This document shows, in pieces, positions 22,190-34,560 of a DNA stretch of 64,000 nucleotides. The position numbers and the translations under genes were made by a program. The stretch lies in the NCBI GenBank assembly GCA_000004985.1, contig GG738866.1, one strand, 5' to 3'. The DNA is from Naegleria gruberi. Its lineage: Eukaryota. Position 1 is the first letter of the stretch; every line of letters starts with the position of its first letter. The notes beneath the pieces are model-generated. The model did no database searches and was not told where the DNA came from. It was given only the letters and a program-made list of their open reading frames with translations.

Positions 22190-25100
22190 TTATTTCCTTG
22201 GTGATCTTGGTGAAATTTGATCGTAGGAAACAGCAGCAAAAGCTTTTTGCAAGCTAGCTAACTTGATCTCAATTTCATCTAATAATTGAGGAGGTGAAGA
22301 AGGAATTGGGTAAAAATAATCTTCTCTCAAAGGTGATTGTGGAATATCCATATGCCCTTGGGAGATTGATAAACCTTCTTTAGTTGTTTCTGCCATGATA
22401 GTAGCTAATTGCTCAAGTTGGCCAATAGCAAATTTCAAATCATTCTCGAGTTTCTTTGTGTAAGCTTCCAAACCTTGTATACCGTCCGTAAGAGTCTTGA
22501 CGGTTTCTTGTTGGCGTAATATTTCCCCATTCAGATTTTCAATTGTTCCTCTTAGTTCTGAACTTTCCTTTGCGTTTTGGTTTTTTAACTTTTCCAACGC
22601 TTCTTGCTTGTCAACAAGTAGCTCCTTTTGAGATTGAGATAATTTTTCATTCTCTTGGAGAATACCATGTAAATCTTTCATAGACTCCTGCAAGAGTTGA
22701 ATCTCCTTCTTTGCCTGACTCTTTTCCTTCTCTAAAATTGATCGTAGCTCGTCTTCTCTTATTTTCATTTCAGCATCTGCTTTTTTCTTCTCATTAAATA
22801 CCTTTTGCATTTCATCTTTTAGCAACTTTAAAGTTTCTGTCTGCAAGAAAATACCTTCTTCTAGCTGTTTTGTTTTTTTCCTTTCCTTTTCTAAATAATC
22901 TTTAAATGTTTCCAAATCATTCTTAAGGCGCCCAATATCTTCAACCGATTTTTCTTGATATTCTTTAAACTCCTCTCCCTTGGTTCTCACTTTTGATTTT
23001 TCCTTTTCCAGCAATTCTGCTTTTGAATTAACCAACTCTTTAAGCTTGTTTGTTTCTTCTTTTTCAACCAAAAGGTCCATCTCAATCTTGCTCAAGTCAA
23101 TTTCCATATTCTGTTTATACAGGTTCATTTCCTTTTCAAATTCTTTCTTTTCATTCATAATTTTTTCTATCTCTTTGTTTTTTTGTGTAAGCTCTTCTTC
23201 AAATTTCTTAAGGAAGTTGTTTAAATCTCCAATTTCTTTCTGATTTTGATTTTTCAAGTCTGTCAAGCTTCTATTTTCCTCTGAAAGTTCGTTTTCTATA
23301 TGCTTCAAACTCTCTACCACCTTCTCAAGTTCTTGTTTAACTGCTGATTCTCTTTGTAACTTGGATTCACCTTCTAAGTTTGCACGTTCAATGCCTTCAA
23401 GAGATTTTTCTAATTCCTGCTTGACATTTGCGAGCTCATTGGATAAATCTTCTTCTTTTTGATTCTTTTCAATCATCAACTGTTTGATATCAACAAGATC
23501 TTTGTGTAATTCTCTTACAGAGTTACTTTCTCTAGTGATTTGTTCTTCCCTTTCGCTTAACTTTTCTTTAAGGGAGCATATCAAGTTCTCCTTTTCAGAT
23601 AATTGAGTGGATAGATTGGCCTTCTCAGATATTATAACGGCCAATTGTTCTGTTGCATTCTTGGCCTCCTCTTCAAGAATTTTAAGCTTGATTTCTCTTG
23701 AAGATTTATCTTCCAAAAGAGAATTGAGTTCCTCTTGAAGATTTAATATATCTTTTTTCAGATTTGTCAAGTCTTGTTGCAACTCACTGTTTTCGTGCAT
23801 TAAATCTCTCACCCTATGCTGTTGTGCCTCTATGAAACTCTCAGTTTTGACTCTTGATACAGTATTCTCAGATACGATTTCTTTTAGTCTCGAGTTGTCT
23901 TTTTCGAGATCATTAACACGGTTTTTGAGCTTTTCAGTTTCATCCAAGATTGCTTGCTTTTCATCTTTTTCAGATTGGATATTTTCTGTTAGTGAGATTA
24001 CCAAGTTAGATTTTTCTTCGTGCAATTTATCAATAGTAGTTCTCAAGTTTTCAACTTCACTCTCGCTTGAATGAAGAATACCTTGTATTTTAGCTTTAAT
24101 GTCTTCTTTTTCTTTCTTGAGGTCATCCCTTTCCTTTTCGATAGCAGACGATTTGTTTTCCAATTGTTTCAACTTTCCATCTGTATCTGAAATAACTTTT
24201 TGTAGATTTTCAATGTTCAAATCAGAAACTTCCAATTTAGAACATAAATCCTTATTAATATCTTTGAGAGCTACAATCTCATTATTAAGAACAGAACATT
24301 CTTGTTGTAATTGGTCATTCTTCGATTTCAATTCTTCTAGAGAGGATGTAATATCTTGAATCCTTGCTTCCGTATCCAATAACTTTTCAGTAAGGGTGGT
24401 ATTTTGGGAAATAAAATTAATTTTCTCATTTTCTGCAATAGTAGTCATTTCTATTAGCTGTTGTTCGAGCTCTTTGTACTTCTGCATTTGATGTGACAAA
24501 TCAGACTTTGAATTTGAAAGCTCGTTATCGAGAGCTTCCTTTTGTGAAAGTAGTTGTAGATTTTCATCCTTGGTGGATTCAATTGTGTTTTGCTGATCTT
24601 GGACTTGTGAGGTGCAGTCATCAAGTGACTCCTTTAATTTTAGAATTTCTGATTGTGATTGAGAGTACTTTTCAGTTAACTCTTGATTTTTCTCCTCTTG
24701 GACTTTTCTAAATAGATCAAACTCCTTGCATTTAGAATTGATCGATTCATTCATAGAAAATAATTTCGATTCCTTTTCCTGTAAGAGTTCTTCTTTTTCT
24801 GCAATATTATTTCCCAAGGTTAATATTTTATCTTTCAACATATCCATTGTGGAATTCTTGCCGTAAAGCTCATTTTTCATTCGATTAAGTTGATCTTCCA
24901 AATTGCTTAGTGAGTTTGTAAGCTCGTTGTTGGTAGTTTCTAATGTTTGCTTTTTCTCAAAAAGGCCAGTGTTAATATTTTCCATTTCACAAATCTTTGC
25001 TTGTTTCTCTTCGACAATTTTCTTTTCCTTCATCCTCCAACTTCCTCATTTCTTCCAACAGTCTTTCCTTTTCTTTAGAAAATTCTTCACTCTTCTTTTC

Positions 25101-28100
25101 ATTTTCCTTCTCCAATACATTGATGGTCTCTTCAAGTTTCAATACGCAATTATCATACTTATTCTTATTCTGTTCCATTTCTTGTCTTGCCTTTTCCAAT
25201 TCATTCTTTGTATCTTCAAGCTGTCTAATTATTTCTTCTTGCTTTTCACTTAGTGCCAATTTCTTTGCCTCAAGATCTAAATTATGTTGTTCAAGTACTT
25301 GAACCTGTTTTTTCAAATCTTCAATACAGAGAGTATCTTGTTGTGCTCTCTGTTTCAACTCTACGCTAGTATTTTCTGCTTCATTAAAGCGTTCTTCAGC
25401 ATTTGCACGAAGGGTTTCTTCTTTCAACAAACCAATTTTCAAAATATCTAGCTTCTCTTGAAGAACTACTCGATCACTTTCAAGCTTCTTCTTGTCATTA
25501 TTTAAATTCTTTTCTGACTCTTTCAGAATTGAAATTGACTTTTCTAGTTCTTTCACTTTATCTGTTTGCTTCTTAGCATTCATGGTAGCATCCTTGAGTT
25601 CATATTTCAATGTATCAATAGTTTTACCAAGATATTTCACTTCTTCTAGGAGTTTTGATTTCTCTGATTCTAATTGCTTAATTTTTGAATTGTGTGAATT
25701 AACTTCTTTTGCATTTTCTTTGAGTTGCTCTTTTTGGGTGTTCATAACATCTTGAAGAACTTTGATTTTCTTTTCTTGAGTATTACACATTATCTGTGTT
25801 TCTTCTTTGTCTTTAGTCAATAAGTCAGCCTCCTTAGATTTATCAAGAATCTCTTTAGACAATCTTGTTATTGCTTCAGAAGTAGTTCGTTCAAGATTAT
25901 ACTTTTCTGTATTTAATTGAGATATATATTGATCCAACATAGTCTTCTGTTGCTCAACATTGTTAATGCTCTCTTTCAGCTCTTGGTTGGAGGATTCAAG
26001 ATTCTCTATAAATGATTGTTTTTCTTTTGATGTTTGAATTTCCTTGGTAAGAGTTTCTTGAATAACATTTCTTTCAGATGATAATTGTTGAATTTGTTCA
26101 GAGAGTTCACAAATCTTTGCTTGTTTCTCCTCGACTATTGCCTTTTCCTTCTTTACTTCATCCTCCAACTTCCTCATTTCTTCCAACAGTCTTTCCTTTT
26201 CTTTAGAAAATTCTTCACTCTTCTTTTCATTTTCATTTTCCAATACATTGATGGACTCTTCAAGTTTCAATACACAATCACCATACTTATTCTTATTCTG
26301 TTCCAATTCATTCTTTGCATCTTCAAGCTGTCTTATTATTTCTTCTATATCTTTCTTTAAATTCTGTTCTGACTCTTGCAGTGTTTCAAGGGCCCTCTCC
26401 AGCTCTTTCACTTTATCTTTGTACATTTCTAAATTGTTGGTAGCGTCTTTGAATTGAGATTCTAAATTATTAATAGTTTGACCAAGATCCTCCAATGTTC
26501 GTTGGCGATTATCATCTTCCTGCTGTTTGTCATTAATAACCGAAGCAAGTTTAATCTCGCCTTGTCGAACATTTTCACGTAAATTGTTTACAACTGTTTC
26601 CAATTCTTGATTACATTTGGTGAGGTTTTGCACTGTGTCTTCAAGATGTTTCAATTTATCAAGAAGGGTAATATTTGAGGATGCCAGTTGATTTGAAAGT
26701 TCCTTTTCTTTTCTGAAACCATATTGTATATTTTGTAGCTCCTGTGAAATACGAGTGTTTTCTTTTTCTAATTGATTGTTTGCTGTTGATAAAGCCTGGT
26801 TATCGTCCGATAACTTGAGCAGCAAATCTTCATTTTGTCTAATATTGTCTGTCAGGTTTGATTTCTCTGATTCCAACTGTTTGATTAGTGAAATTTGTGA
26901 AATGGTTTCTTTAGCACTTTCTTTGAGTTGCTCTTTTTGAGTGTTCAAAAGGTCTTGAAGAACTTTGATACTCTTGTCTTTAGCATTACATGCTGTTTCA
27001 GTGTTGCTTATCCTTTCTTTAAGCTCTTTAGTAGAAGTCTCAAGAAGGTTCTCCATTATTGATTGTTGCTCTTTTGATAATTGAATTTCATTATTGAGAG
27101 ACTTTTGAATGGCATCTCTTTCAGATGATAATTGTTGAATTTGTTCAGAGAGTTCAGTGTTGATCTTTTCTATTTCACAAATCTTTGCTTGTTTCTCCTC
27201 AGCTATTTCCTTTTCCTTCTTTACTTCATTTTCTAAATTCTTCATTTCTTCCAACAGTCTGTCCTTTTCTTTAGAAAATTCTTCACTCTTCTTTTCATTT
27301 TCCTTCTCCAATACAGTAATAGATTCCTTTAGTTTCAATACACAATCATCATACCTATTCTTATTCTGTTCCAGTTCATTCCTTGCATCTTCAAGCTGTC
27401 TTATTATTTGTTCTCTATCACTCTCAAGGCTCTTCTTGTCATTATTTAAATTCTTTTCTGACTCTTTCAGAATTGAAATTGACTTTTCTAGTTCTTTCAC
27501 TTTATCTGTTTGCTTCTTAACATTCATGGTAGCATCCTTGAGTTCATATTTCAATGTGTTAATGGTTTTACCAAGATATTTCACTTCTTCTAGGAGTTTT
27601 GATTTCTCTGATTCTAATTGCTTAATTTTTGAAGCATTTTCTTTGAGTTGCTCTTTTTGAGTGTTCATAACATCTTGAAGAACTTTGATTTTCTTTTCTT
27701 GAGTATTACACGTTGTCTGTATTTCTGCTTTGTCTTTAGTCAATAAGTCAGCCTCCTTAGATTTATCAAGAATCTCTTTAGACAATCTTGTTTTTTCGTT
27801 TTCCATGACTTCCTTTTGGGTTTTCTTTTCTCCAGAAAGATCTATTATTTTGTTTTCTAACTGTTTAATACGTGACTGCTGTTCAAGTAAATCAAGTTGT
27901 TTAGACTCTAAATTATTAGCCAACTCTATGTTCTGAGTTTTGATTTGGGTCAAGTCTTTCTCTAATCCTGTTATTGTTTCATAATTTGCTTGTTGAAGAT
28001 TGTCCTTTTCTGTATTTAATTGAGATATATATTGATCCAACATAGTCTTCTGTTGTTCAACATTGTTAATGCTTTCCTTCAACTCTTGGTTGGAGGATTC

Positions 28101-31034
28101 AAGGTTGGCTATCATTAATTGTTTGTTTTTTGATACTTGAATTTCGTCGTTGAGCGTGAATTGAATGGCATCTCTTTCAGATGATAATTGTTGAATTTGT
28201 TTTGATAGCTCAGTGTTGATCTTTTCTATTTCACAAATCTTTGCTTGTTTCTCTTGAGTCATCTATTTCCTTCTTCACTTCATTCTCCAACTTCTTCATT
28301 TCTTCCAACAATCTGCCGTTTTCTTTTGAAAATTCTTCTAATTGTTTCATTCTTGAATTAGCTTCATTAGCATTTTCTTTGAGTTGCTCTTTTTGAGTGC
28401 TCATGAGGTCCTTGAGAATATTGATTTGTTTCTCTTTAGCGTTACATGTTGTTTCAGCATTGCTAATCTTTTCTTTCAACTCTTGATTAGTGTGCTCGAG
28501 ATTATCGATAACCGATTGTTTGTCTTTTGATACTTGAAATTCCTTCTTAAGAGTTTCTTGAATAGAATCTCTTTCAGATGATAATTGTTGAATTTGTTTT
28601 GATAGCTCAGTGTTGATCTTTTCCATTCCACAAATATTTGCTTGTTTCTCTTGAACCATTTCTTTTCCCTTCTTCACTTCATTCTTCATTTCTTCCAACA
28701 GTCTTTCTCTTTCCTTTGCTAAACGGCAATCTTCCAACCGCATATCTTCAATCCTTTTTTCATGTTCATCCTTCAAGTTATCATACATTTTCTCAACTTC
28801 TAAAATTTGTACATGTAGACCTCTCAATTCATCATTTCTGTGTGCTAAATCTTCACTAAGATTTTCTATTGTTTTCATAGCCTCGGCAACTTGCTGCTCG
28901 GTTTTGAAGAGTGCTTCACCTTTACCAAGGTTTTCTCCAGTTAAATTTTCAACCTCACCCAGCAATTCTTCAATTTTCTTTTCATTCTCACAAATGGTGT
29001 GACAAAGATCCTGTTTGTTTTGTTCGAGAGACTTGGATAACTGCACTAGATCTTCTAAATATTGGTGCATTTTCTCCTTCTCTTGTAAAAGTTGCTGCCT
29101 CTCAGAAGCAATCTCATTGTTAGCTTGATCGAGTTGGTCAATTTTCTTCTTTTGTTCCATTGTTTGTTCTTTCTCTACATTGAGTTCGTTTAATCTTTCC
29201 GAAATTGAGTGTTGTAAAACGCTAATTTTCTCATCCTTTCTTTCGATATCACTCTTAAGTTGTTCGGTTTCATTCTCCATCACTTTCAACTTCTCAACAA
29301 TAATATTTGCCTCTTCTCTTCTCTTGTTGCAACAGTCCTCAAGATCTTTTTCTCTAGCATTTAGTCTTTCTGTCAATCGCTTTATATCCTCCTCGAGTTG
29401 TGTTGTTCTTTGAGATTTAGTATCCTGTTCATAGGTTAAATCCTTAATTTTTTCTCGGAGACTTTGGGATTCTACTTGTTTTTTCTCCCACATATTAGTA
29501 ATTTTTGCTAGCTTTTCATCTTTCTCATTTAATTGGAGAGAAAGGCTATCATTTCTTGTTTGTAAAGCATTCAACTCTTCTTCCTTCTGTTGGTTAAGTT
29601 GGTCTAGAGCAGAAATATTGGACAGAGAGTCTTTCACTTATCTTTCAGCTCCGATATCTTTGTGTTTTTGGTATCTATAATTTTTGCAGAGTTTTCATTT
29701 TCCTCACGTAAAGAAGAAACTTCTCCTTTAAGTTTGGTAACTATTTCAGAAATATTGATTGTTTCTCTTTCTAATTCTGCAGATCTTTCCGTAGATCTTT
29801 CCTTTTCTTTGGTTACCTTTTTTAACTCTTGGAAAATATTATTATGTCTTATTTGTACCTCATTTTCTTTTTTCTGAGATTCTGTCTTTAATTGTTGGAT
29901 TTCGTTTTCCAACTTTTCTTTAAGAGATGTGGCTTCTTTCTTTTGCAAGGATAAGTCTTTATCAAGACCCCTATTCTTTTCTGTTAGAGAAGAAACTTTC
30001 TTCGATAATTCTTCTTCTTTCTTCTTTGCTGCCTCCTTTTCTTTTGCACTTTCTGCATGAAGTTTGGTAGTTGAGGTCTTGTATTGCTCATCTAATCTCT
30101 CAAGGTTTGAGTTTTGAGTTCTTGCTTCGGTTTTTGCTTCCTCGAACTTTTGTTCAAGATTAGCTATTGTGTCTTTGAGCGATGCAACTAAATCTCTGCT
30201 TTCTTTTAATTCATTCTGTTTGATTTTGCTTCTTTGATTAGCAGACTCTAGATCTTTGTTCAGCCTATCTATTCTATTCTCCAATGAGGTTTGCTCCAAT
30301 GTGAGAGACTTGTATTGCATGACCATCAATACCACCATAATACCAAAAATGATAGATGTTACAACCTTATCTTCCCTCTCATCATCAGTGTTATCCATTG
30401 TGGTCTTGACAGAAATATCAAATCCTGAATATCCCTCCAACCCTGGTACAGTTCTAATGAATTGTGAAACCTTATCGGGCTCATCAAATAATTTGGAAGC
30501 CTTTGTTTCCATGAACTTTCTGATGTGTTGAGTGTTGAGGTTTGTCTTTTCATTTGCATATTCAAAGACTTGCATATAAATAATTACTTCAAAGACTGCA
30601 CTCATACACTTTGTGGAGCCTCTACAAATCGAATAGACACGATGATCAACCTCCTTCTTTAAAATTGGAACAACCTGCTCATGATGAATAACAAGATTAC
30701 CACACTCACTATTCAAAGACTTTTCTAATTGCCTGGAAATCATTGCATCAATTTTTCTATCTAAATTGGCCACACCACAGTATTTGTTATCGGAAGCGCA
30801 ACCATTCTTGTATTCTGTTAAGGCTTGAACAAAATAAAAATTCTTGATGAGTTGTGAATGGCAATCTTGCTCTAGCAGAGACAAATCGATGAGTGAAGTC
30901 TCGTTAATTATTATGGTCTTTGATGAGGGTATTGTTGTAAAATCGCTCGACTTGAATGGTGTATAAAATTGGCTAATTATCAATACCACCAAGGCTAAAG
31001 CACTAAGGAACAAATTTATCCTTGTAGCTTGCAT
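22190..31034 (-). CDS. Giant hairpin-anchored coiled-coil protein gene. It is read as four consecutive minus-strand ORFs (29634..31034, 28231..29637, 24987..28262, 22190..25033) separated by frameshifts. It is either a pseudogene or carries assembly errors.
   Basis: ATG at 31034 (MQATRINLFLSALALVVLIISQFY). The N-terminal TM, Cys loop, TM module is paralogous to the 8146 gene (DCHSQLIKNFYFVQALTEYKNGC vs DCSSQLVKNFYFEKALSQYKEKC). About 2700 aa of K/E/Q/L heptad coiled coil follow, with repeated EEKQAKICEIEKINTELSEQIQQLSSERDAIQ units. The non-repetitive C-terminus ends ...SPRSPRK at 22190. At each ORF junction the upstream ORF stops 10-12 codons after the downstream ORF opens in another frame. 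Compared with in-frame sister repeats, there is an 8-nt deletion near 25020 and a net -2 change near 28250. Confidence 0.55.
24986..28700. repeat. Tandem near-identical coding repeats, unit about 1.06-1.12 kb, at least 3.4 copies.
   Basis: The motif ttcacaaatctttgcttgtttctc recurs at 24986, 26106, 27174 and 28230, with a variant at 28627. Each copy is followed by more than 200 nt that are near identical. Nested sub-blocks are also shared: 25668-25990 matches 27608-27800 and 28010-28110. A reverse-complement copy of the same about 80-nt core lies in the plus-strand paralog near 9690-9770. Confidence 0.8.
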
Positions 31035-31401
31035 TGTTTTTTTTCTGGTTTTGAATTGTTCTTATTTGCGAGAGAGTTGGAACGCGTTGAATTTTTCTGT
31101 TGTTCACAAATGTCTGAAACTGACTCCTTGATGGACAAGAATATGTGATTCCACAAAATATTCGGAAGGATATCAAACCTTCATCATGAATTTTTCATAC
31201 TATTATTCAGTTATCAAAAAGCATTGTCTTCCTACATTGAATTAAATTGCCACATAGAAATCATTTAATAGCTTCTTTGGTTTTTCTTCAAAGGAACTAC
31301 AGGTTATTTAGATATTTATAATTAAATTGTTGATTTTCAGAAGAAACCAGCCTAATATTTGTCATTGCATTTTTAATAATTTGTTTTAAAATTAATATTT
31401 A

Positions 31402-34221
31402 TTAAACTAGGGTGTCGAAACAAGAAGTAAATGCCTTATTCCACGATTTAACATCCTCATAATCCTCAAATTGGTAACACATATGGAATTCAATATCATG
31501 TTCATCAATTTCAAGACTCTTTTCTTCCTTGTACTTCGTAATTACAACATTTACATCTCCAACAATTTCATCGGTGACTTTAAATGGAATAAGCCAGTTC
31601 TTTGTTGGAGCTTTAACTACTAAACAATCTCCGAACAAGTAAATTTCGTGCAATTCGTTTTCATGTTTGAAAACTCCCTCCTTGACCAAAAATCGTTTCT
31701 TATTCATCAACTCAGTCATGCCCAAATCCTTATACAACTCAATAACCTTAAATAATGTGTGGTTTTCCAAATATACATCACCTCTGTAATCATCAACTTC
31801 TGAAATTGTGGATAGGAACATATTTACAGAGTCAGTAGCCAAAATATCAGCCAATTCAGTAAGCTTTCCCTTTTGTTGTTGCAAACAAGTAACTGGATCA
31901 AGCAAATAGTAGATTAAATCTCTTGGTTGTGATTGAGTATTCATGTAATTAAAAACATCATTTGTTTGCATATTTTGACAAATAACTTGTAAAGCAGAAG
32001 GAAGTGTGGCTAAATAATCAAGCATTGCTGATTTAAACATGATGATATTTGAGGATTCAAAAACTTCGTCAAAGTTTTTACACTCAAGTGATGCCTTCAA
32101 GTCGCTTACAATACTTGCCTTGACACTCTTTATGGATTGCAATCCAGAAAAAACAGTTTGGTAGTCTTCAGAGGAGAGTAATCCCTTATCAAATATTTGA
32201 TTTCCAAACGATGAAATACATTCTTGGATAGCTGTTAGTGACTCTTCTTCATCACTTTGAATCTCAGAGAGAAGTTTTCTTATAAACAAAGTATCGGCAT
32301 CTTCAGAAATATCTGACTTTGAGGAAGGAGAAAGGGTGACTGACAGAGGAGATTTAATATTTGGAGAGAGGGAGAAATATTCTGGGCTTGATATTGTTTT
32401 TTCTTCTTGTTCTTTGAGAGGAGTTTTTGCAAGAGGTAAGTCAAAGTCAACATCGTCTTCTGTCAAAAGTGGAGAAGTTTCATCACCACAATCCTCAGTT
32501 GGGTAGTCAATAAGGTACGACTCCTCATCGTCATCTCTCTTGACTTGAAGTGTATTAAGGGAGGGAGATGGCTGTTCGACTTTTTTAGAAGGACTTGGTG
32601 AGGTTTCTGATGCATCCAATGATATTTCTGGTACAAATAGAATTGGTTGAGATGCATTAATTGCTTCAATTCTTTCACTTTCCACTTGCTCTTCTATTTC
32701 TTCTGATTCTGATTGGATTTTAAAATTATCCTTTGTAGCTACCTCGATATCTTTTGTAGGTGATGGCGTTTTTCTCTTTGAAACAATAGCTGAAGATGTT
32801 TTTTTAACCAAGGTTGGCTTTTCTTTGACTGTGTTTGTAGTGCTTGAAGGTTTGTGAACTTTCTTTTCCTCAATTGGTTTGGTAACAGGTTTTGGCCTGT
32901 CTTGAGTCCTTGAAATATGGTTTCTTGCTTGGGAAGTTTGTGGCCGGACAGCAGTGACTGGTTTCTTTTCCTTCGTCTGCTCGACAACTTGGGCAGATTG
33001 TGGTCTATCCCTTGGAGTGGAGACTTTAGGATTGTAAACAGGATAAAGAATGTCAACCTTCTTTTTAAGCTTTAACTTTTCTTCCCTAGCCTTTTCAACC
33101 CTTTGCTTATGCAAATCTTCGCCACTAATTTGAGGCCTCTTCTCACTTAGCTTTTTGAAGAGCTTTCTTTTTTCTTCGACTTCCTTTCTACGCTTCTCCT
33201 CTTCCACAGAAGCTTTCTTTTTTTCTTCTTCTAACTTTCGTTGCTTTTCCAATTCTCTTTCTTTCTGCACTTTTTGGGAAGTCTTAGAGACTTCACTAAG
33301 GATTGGCTTTACCACAGTTGAGTTATATTCAAATCTCTTTTTAAAAACTAATTTATCCTCTTCAATTTTCTTTTGAAATTTTGGGGGTGGCACATACTTT
33401 CCTTCTGGCTCATAGGCTGGTTTCTTTAATGCAGTATAAGTTTTTGAGAGAGAATCTTTCATGCTTTTAATTTCATCCACTTTCTTCAGCCTTCCATCAA
33501 CAGAACCATGAACGTCAGTTTTGTACTTGTTCTTTAAACTATTTCTGAATTCAATCTCATCCTTATTTTTCTGTAAGAGATCCTGTCTCCATTTGGGAAG
33601 AGTTAGGAGTGATTGGCTAGTTGTTTTTAAAGCTGTCTTTTTTTTGAATGATGATGGAGATGTAAGGGTTGGTGCTTCAGATTGGATTGGTCTCAGTTCT
33701 TTCCTTGTAAATAAATTTCGTTCTAGAGTATACATACCTTGTTGTGTTTCTTCTGGTTCTGATTTTGGGGATGGACTTTCTTCTTCTCCATTTGATTGTT
33801 GACCATTTGGTGATGAGGTTTCAAATGCGTTTGCTTTCTCTTCGTCAGCAGGTTCTTCCTCTATCATTTGTTCTTCGGAATTTTCTTCATCTTTGGCAAC
33901 TTGAATTTCCTCTTGTTGCTCCACATCTTCTTGAGGTTGTTCATCTTTCGTGAGTAATTCTTCTTGAGTAACTTCCTCCTCTTCAGGTATTCTATCCTCA
34001 CCGGTTACCTCCTCGTTTGTATTCTCATTTGTAGATTCGTTAGATTGTTGATCGTCGTTGTATTCCTTATCCTCTGATTCGTTGAGGGTTTCAGAGACCT
34101 CAATAAATTCTTCCTCTTGTTGTTCATCAGTTTGGGCACTTTCAATGAGTGATTCATTAGGCACTGTACTTTCATCTTCACCACCTGATGGGGCACTTTC
34201 AATTAGTGATTCATATTCCAT
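31402..34221 (-). CDS. Large acidic/basic protein with a C-terminal DH-PH-like (RhoGEF-like) region.
   Basis: ATG at 34221. The N-terminal approximately 600 aa is E/Q/K/S-rich and low complexity. The C-terminal approximately 300 aa carries DH-like helices (FIRKLLSEIQSDEEESLTAIQECISSFGNQIF..., RDLIYYLLDPVTCLQQQKGKLTELADIL). A PH-like beta-sandwich follows (KKRFLVKEGVFKHENELHEIYLFGDCLVVKAP...WNKAFTS). The assignment rests on weak motif resemblance only. Confidence 0.5.
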   Translation of the reverse strand: MEYESLIESAPSGGEDESTVPNESLIESAQTDEQQEEEFIEVSETLNESEDKEYNDDQQSNESTNENTNEEVTGEDRIPEEEEVTQEELLTKDEQPQEDVEQQEEIQVAKDEENSEEQMIEEEPADEEKANAFETSSPNGQQSNGEEESPSPKSEPEETQQGMYTLERNLFTRKELRPIQSEAPTLTSPSSFKKKTALKTTSQSLLTLPKWRQDLLQKNKDEIEFRNSLKNKYKTDVHGSVDGRLKKVDEIKSMKDSLSKTYTALKKPAYEPEGKYVPPPKFQKKIEEDKLVFKKRFEYNSTVVKPILSEVSKTSQKVQKERELEKQRKLEEEKKKASVEEEKRRKEVEEKRKLFKKLSEKRPQISGEDLHKQRVEKAREEKLKLKKKVDILYPVYNPKVSTPRDRPQSAQVVEQTKEKKPVTAVRPQTSQARNHISRTQDRPKPVTKPIEEKKVHKPSSTTNTVKEKPTLVKKTSSAIVSKRKTPSPTKDIEVATKDNFKIQSESEEIEEQVESERIEAINASQPILFVPEISLDASETSPSPSKKVEQPSPSLNTLQVKRDDDEESYLIDYPTEDCGDETSPLLTEDDVDFDLPLAKTPLKEQEEKTISSPEYFSLSPNIKSPLSVTLSPSSKSDISEDADTLFIRKLLSEIQSDEEESLTAIQECISSFGNQIFDKGLLSSEDYQTVFSGLQSIKSVKASIVSDLKASLECKNFDEVFESSNIIMFKSAMLDYLATLPSALQVICQNMQTNDVFNYMNTQSQPRDLIYYLLDPVTCLQQQKGKLTELADILATDSVNMFLSTISEVDDYRGDVYLENHTLFKVIELYKDLGMTELMNKKRFLVKEGVFKHENELHEIYLFGDCLVVKAPTKNWLIPFKVTDEIVGDVNVVITKYKEEKSLEIDEHDIEFHMCYQFEDYEDVKSWNKAFTSCFDTLV

Positions 34222-34248
34222 TTTTTTAATTTTTTAAAGTTTGTAATT

Positions 34249-34560
34249 ATGAAGGCGGGAACAATCAATGATCTTAATAAAACTCAGCACTTCACTGCCC
34301 ACCATTTTAATGTTGCATCTGAACCACTTCGAATCGATTCAATCATACATGCACAAGATTTTTTCAAATCAATAAGCATAACAGAGATTGAGTCAAATTA
34401 TGGTCATATCATCAGTTTGCTTCTGTTTGACCAATATAAACCAACAATTAGAAAAATTAAAACAAATCTTTATTTTCAAATCGACCGGAAGGCATACCAA
34501 TATAAACCGGAGTTGGCCAATACCGATTTGCAAGCTTTTCCAAATATCAAACTCCAATAA
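34249..34560 (+). CDS. Hypothetical 103-aa ORF between divergent genes.
   Basis: It has a real ATG (34249) and non-repetitive composition. Part of it is locally GC-richer (tcgaccggaaggcataccaatataaaccggagttggcc). No recognisable family. It may be spurious. Confidence 0.15.
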   Translation: MKAGTINDLNKTQHFTAHHFNVASEPLRIDSIIHAQDFFKSISITEIESNYGHIISLLLFDQYKPTIRKIKTNLYFQIDRKAYQYKPELANTDLQAFPNIKLQ

